A stretch of 64,000 nucleotides of DNA from an uncultured Lentisphaeraceae bacterium (GTDB lineage Bacteria; Verrucomicrobiota; Kiritimatiellia; RFP12; UBA1067), in assembly GCA_964386385.1 (NCBI GenBank), contig CAYLRN010000001.1, forward strand, positions 172,706 through 236,705, written 5' to 3'. A program made the translations under genes and the position numbers. Shown piece after piece: positions 62,255-64,000 of the stretch (its first letter is position 1; the number at the start of each line of letters is the position of its first letter). The notes beneath the pieces are model-generated. The model was not told the DNA's origin, ran no database searches, and saw only the letters and a list, made by a program, of their open reading frames with translations.

Positions 62255-62749
62255 CTATGCCGCGTCCCCGAAGAGCGCCGTCGCGCCGCGAACGAACCAG
62301 CATGCGTCAAGGGCGAGGACTGCCATCTTGGCCAGCGTCCCGAAAAGGAATCCGAGAAATCCACCAACTCCCCCGCGAAAGGCCTGCGACACTCCGCGCC
62401 CTGCGACCAGTTCCCCAAGCATCGCGCCAAGGAACGGCCCCAGCAATATTCCGAGCGGAAAGAAGAACGCGCCGACAAGCGTTCCGACGAAACACCCTAC
62501 AGTTCCCCAGCGCGAGCAGTTGAACTTCTTCGCGGCCATGGACGGAAGCGCGTAGTCGAGCGCGAACGCGACGGCGGCGGCCGCGCCGGCAATAGTCAGC
62601 TGCGAAGTTGAAAGCGCGGCCGATGTCGGACAAAGGCAGAGCAGCGCGGCGAAGCCCGCGACGACGCCCGGCAGAACGGGAACGACGCATCCGACGAACC
62701 CCACCAGAAGCAGGACCGCTCCAAGAACTGTCAGCGCGACGTCGGTCAT
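62255..62749 (-). CDS. DUF456-family small membrane protein.
   Basis: MTDVALTVLGAVLLLVGFVGCVVPVLPGVVAGFAALL... has four predicted TM helices. The start overlaps the upstream stop (ATGA). Confidence 0.6.
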   Translation of the reverse strand: MTDVALTVLGAVLLLVGFVGCVVPVLPGVVAGFAALLCLCPTSAALSTSQLTIAGAAAAVAFALDYALPSMAAKKFNCSRWGTVGCFVGTLVGAFFFPLGILLGPFLGAMLGELVAGRGVSQAFRGGVGGFLGFLFGTLAKMAVLALDACWFVRGATALFGDAA

Positions 62750-63957
62750 GGATTCGCGCCGTAGAGCATCAGCCCGCCATACGTCCAGTTCGGATTCGGC
62801 ATTCCCGGAAAGTTCGCCCGGTCCATCGTCAGCATCACGTACTTGAACGGAAATCCGTCCGGCAGCTCCGCGATGCAGGGCCAGACCCGGCCGTTGCGGC
62901 AGACGTCGTCCCACGGCGGGAAGTCCATCTCAAGCGTCCCCCTCAACTTCAGGTGCGGATATTCGTAGACGTGTATCGCGCGGTCGGCGCTGCCGCTGAA
63001 GCAGTGGCGGACGCCGTCGATCCACGCGATCGTCGTCCCGGTGGAGTCGCGCTCGACGGGGCCGGCGACGTTCACGAACACGCCGTCCCACTCGCGCGAT
63101 TCAAGCATCGAGGCGCGAATGCCCTTTGGGGTGAACTCCGAGACGAAAAGACGCCAGCGCTTAGCCGCCTCGTCCCAGGTGGCGCACGGGTCTTCGTTCA
63201 TGCCCTTCAGGCCGAGCGATTTCGCCCGCATCACGGAAAGCCCGTGAAGAGGGGACTTCTCGCTCCACGCGACGTTGAGGCCGCCCTCGGCGCGACGGTT
63301 GAGTCCGTCCGTCCCCGTCGAGAAGTTGCTTGCGTAGCATTTCCAGAAGCCGTCCTTCTCGTCGAAGAAGATATGGCTCGCCAGGTCGTTGCGCAGTTTC
63401 CCATCATCGTAGTCGAAGAGAATCGCCCCTTCAAGGCGAACGTCGAAGAGCGACGGGTCGAAACTGGCTACGGCCTGGAACGCGCCATATGCGCGAGCGC
63501 TGAACGTGAAGAATACGCGGTCGTTCTCCATGTAGACGTGGTTCTGGCGGTCGCGGCAGACGAAGCGGACGTCCGCCTGCCCGATTCCGGCCGTGAGCGA
63601 AGCGGATGCGTCGACGACGTTCGTCGAGACGCAGAACTTCAGCCTCCCCATGTTCGAGCGCAGGGACGGGTCGAAGCCCTTGTCCAGCTCGGCAATGCGC
63701 AGAAGAGACGTCTTGCCGTCCTTCGTCGCGAACACCGCCGAACGCATCCGGCACGTCATGAGCACGGAAAGGTCGAACGGCGGAGGCGGAAGCCCCTTCG
63801 TCTTCCCGTCCACTCCGAAGCGCATGGCGACGTCGCCGTCCTTCGCCGCGAACGCGATCTCGGCCGGAAGCGAATCGACGCGGGCGCGGTAGTGCGCGGC
63901 AGGCCAGTATCCGCCGACGACGCGCAGGCCGGCGTTCGTAAGTACCGGATGCATCAC
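62746..63957 (-). CDS. Hypothetical protein (403 aa or more). Its start is uncertain and the true N-terminus may lie beyond the window end.
   Basis: Coherent ORF reaching within 43 nt of the window end. No family was recognised. Confidence 0.45.
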   Translation of the reverse strand: MMHPVLTNAGLRVVGGYWPAAHYRARVDSLPAEIAFAAKDGDVAMRFGVDGKTKGLPPPPFDLSVLMTCRMRSAVFATKDGKTSLLRIAELDKGFDPSLRSNMGRLKFCVSTNVVDASASLTAGIGQADVRFVCRDRQNHVYMENDRVFFTFSARAYGAFQAVASFDPSLFDVRLEGAILFDYDDGKLRNDLASHIFFDEKDGFWKCYASNFSTGTDGLNRRAEGGLNVAWSEKSPLHGLSVMRAKSLGLKGMNEDPCATWDEAAKRWRLFVSEFTPKGIRASMLESREWDGVFVNVAGPVERDSTGTTIAWIDGVRHCFSGSADRAIHVYEYPHLKLRGTLEMDFPPWDDVCRNGRVWPCIAELPDGFPFKYVMLTMDRANFPGMPNPNWTYGGLMLYGANP

Positions 63958-64000
63958 CGACGCGGCTACGGCGGTGTCCGGCCTGTACTCGCACAGCGTC

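Noticed and set aside
1-64000. Search for rRNA, tRNA, integrase/transposase or prophage genes
   Set aside because: No cloverleaf-like tRNA candidates, rRNA stretches or recombinase motifs were noticed by eye. Absence cannot be guaranteed without tRNAscan/Infernal.

Overview
This is a high-GC (about 65-68%) bacterial chromosomal window. Gene content (giant secreted LamG/concanavalin-like proteins with autotransporter-associated beta-strand repeats, a DUF1080 module, PF09820-type AAA-ATPase-like proteins, Tat/Sec-secreted glycan-active enzymes) suggests a PVC-superphylum-like anaerobe. That placement is inference only. The window is dense with housekeeping genes: argC (partial), purN, purC, purM, accA/accD, lspA, recR, ybaB, tsaD, hslO, folB, a murU-amgK fusion, and a recC-like gene. 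There is a plus-strand glycan-utilisation block (cstA, a secreted 1099-aa protein, a GH2 hydrolase, a ROK kinase, a CE7-like esterase). There is also a small low-GC islet with a RelE/YafQ-type toxin and a HigA-like antitoxin. No rRNA, tRNA, CRISPR array or transposase was recognised.

The most unusual locus is a minus-strand operon at 7678-16270. It encodes a ketosynthase-like protein whose active-site Cys is replaced by Phe, an acyltransferase-dehydratase-PPTase tridomain protein with no carrier protein, and a signal-peptide + DUF1080 module fused to a glycyl-radical-enzyme (GRE) fold with an atypical Gly loop (RVCGW). The last gene is a GRE-activating radical-SAM enzyme whose start overlaps the GRE stop (ATGA) and which carries a Tat/Sec-like N-terminal extension. 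I do not recognise this combination as a described system.

Other signals worth a second look:
- Two paralogous giant LamG genes each have a sigma70-like promoter in which a T9/T10 homopolymer forms the -35/-10 spacer, a candidate phase-variation switch.
- A family of REP-like GC-rich hairpin elements (GGGAGGG + 8-bp stem) recurs in at least four intergenic regions.
- Several genes sit 6-10 nt downstream of extended -10 boxes (TGnTAnAAT), suggesting leaderless mRNAs.
- A TTAAG/TTGAC direct-repeat array lies upstream of purM.
- A long GreA-domain protein is encoded next to a DksA/TraR-family protein.

All coordinates of short motifs are approximate (+/-2 nt).
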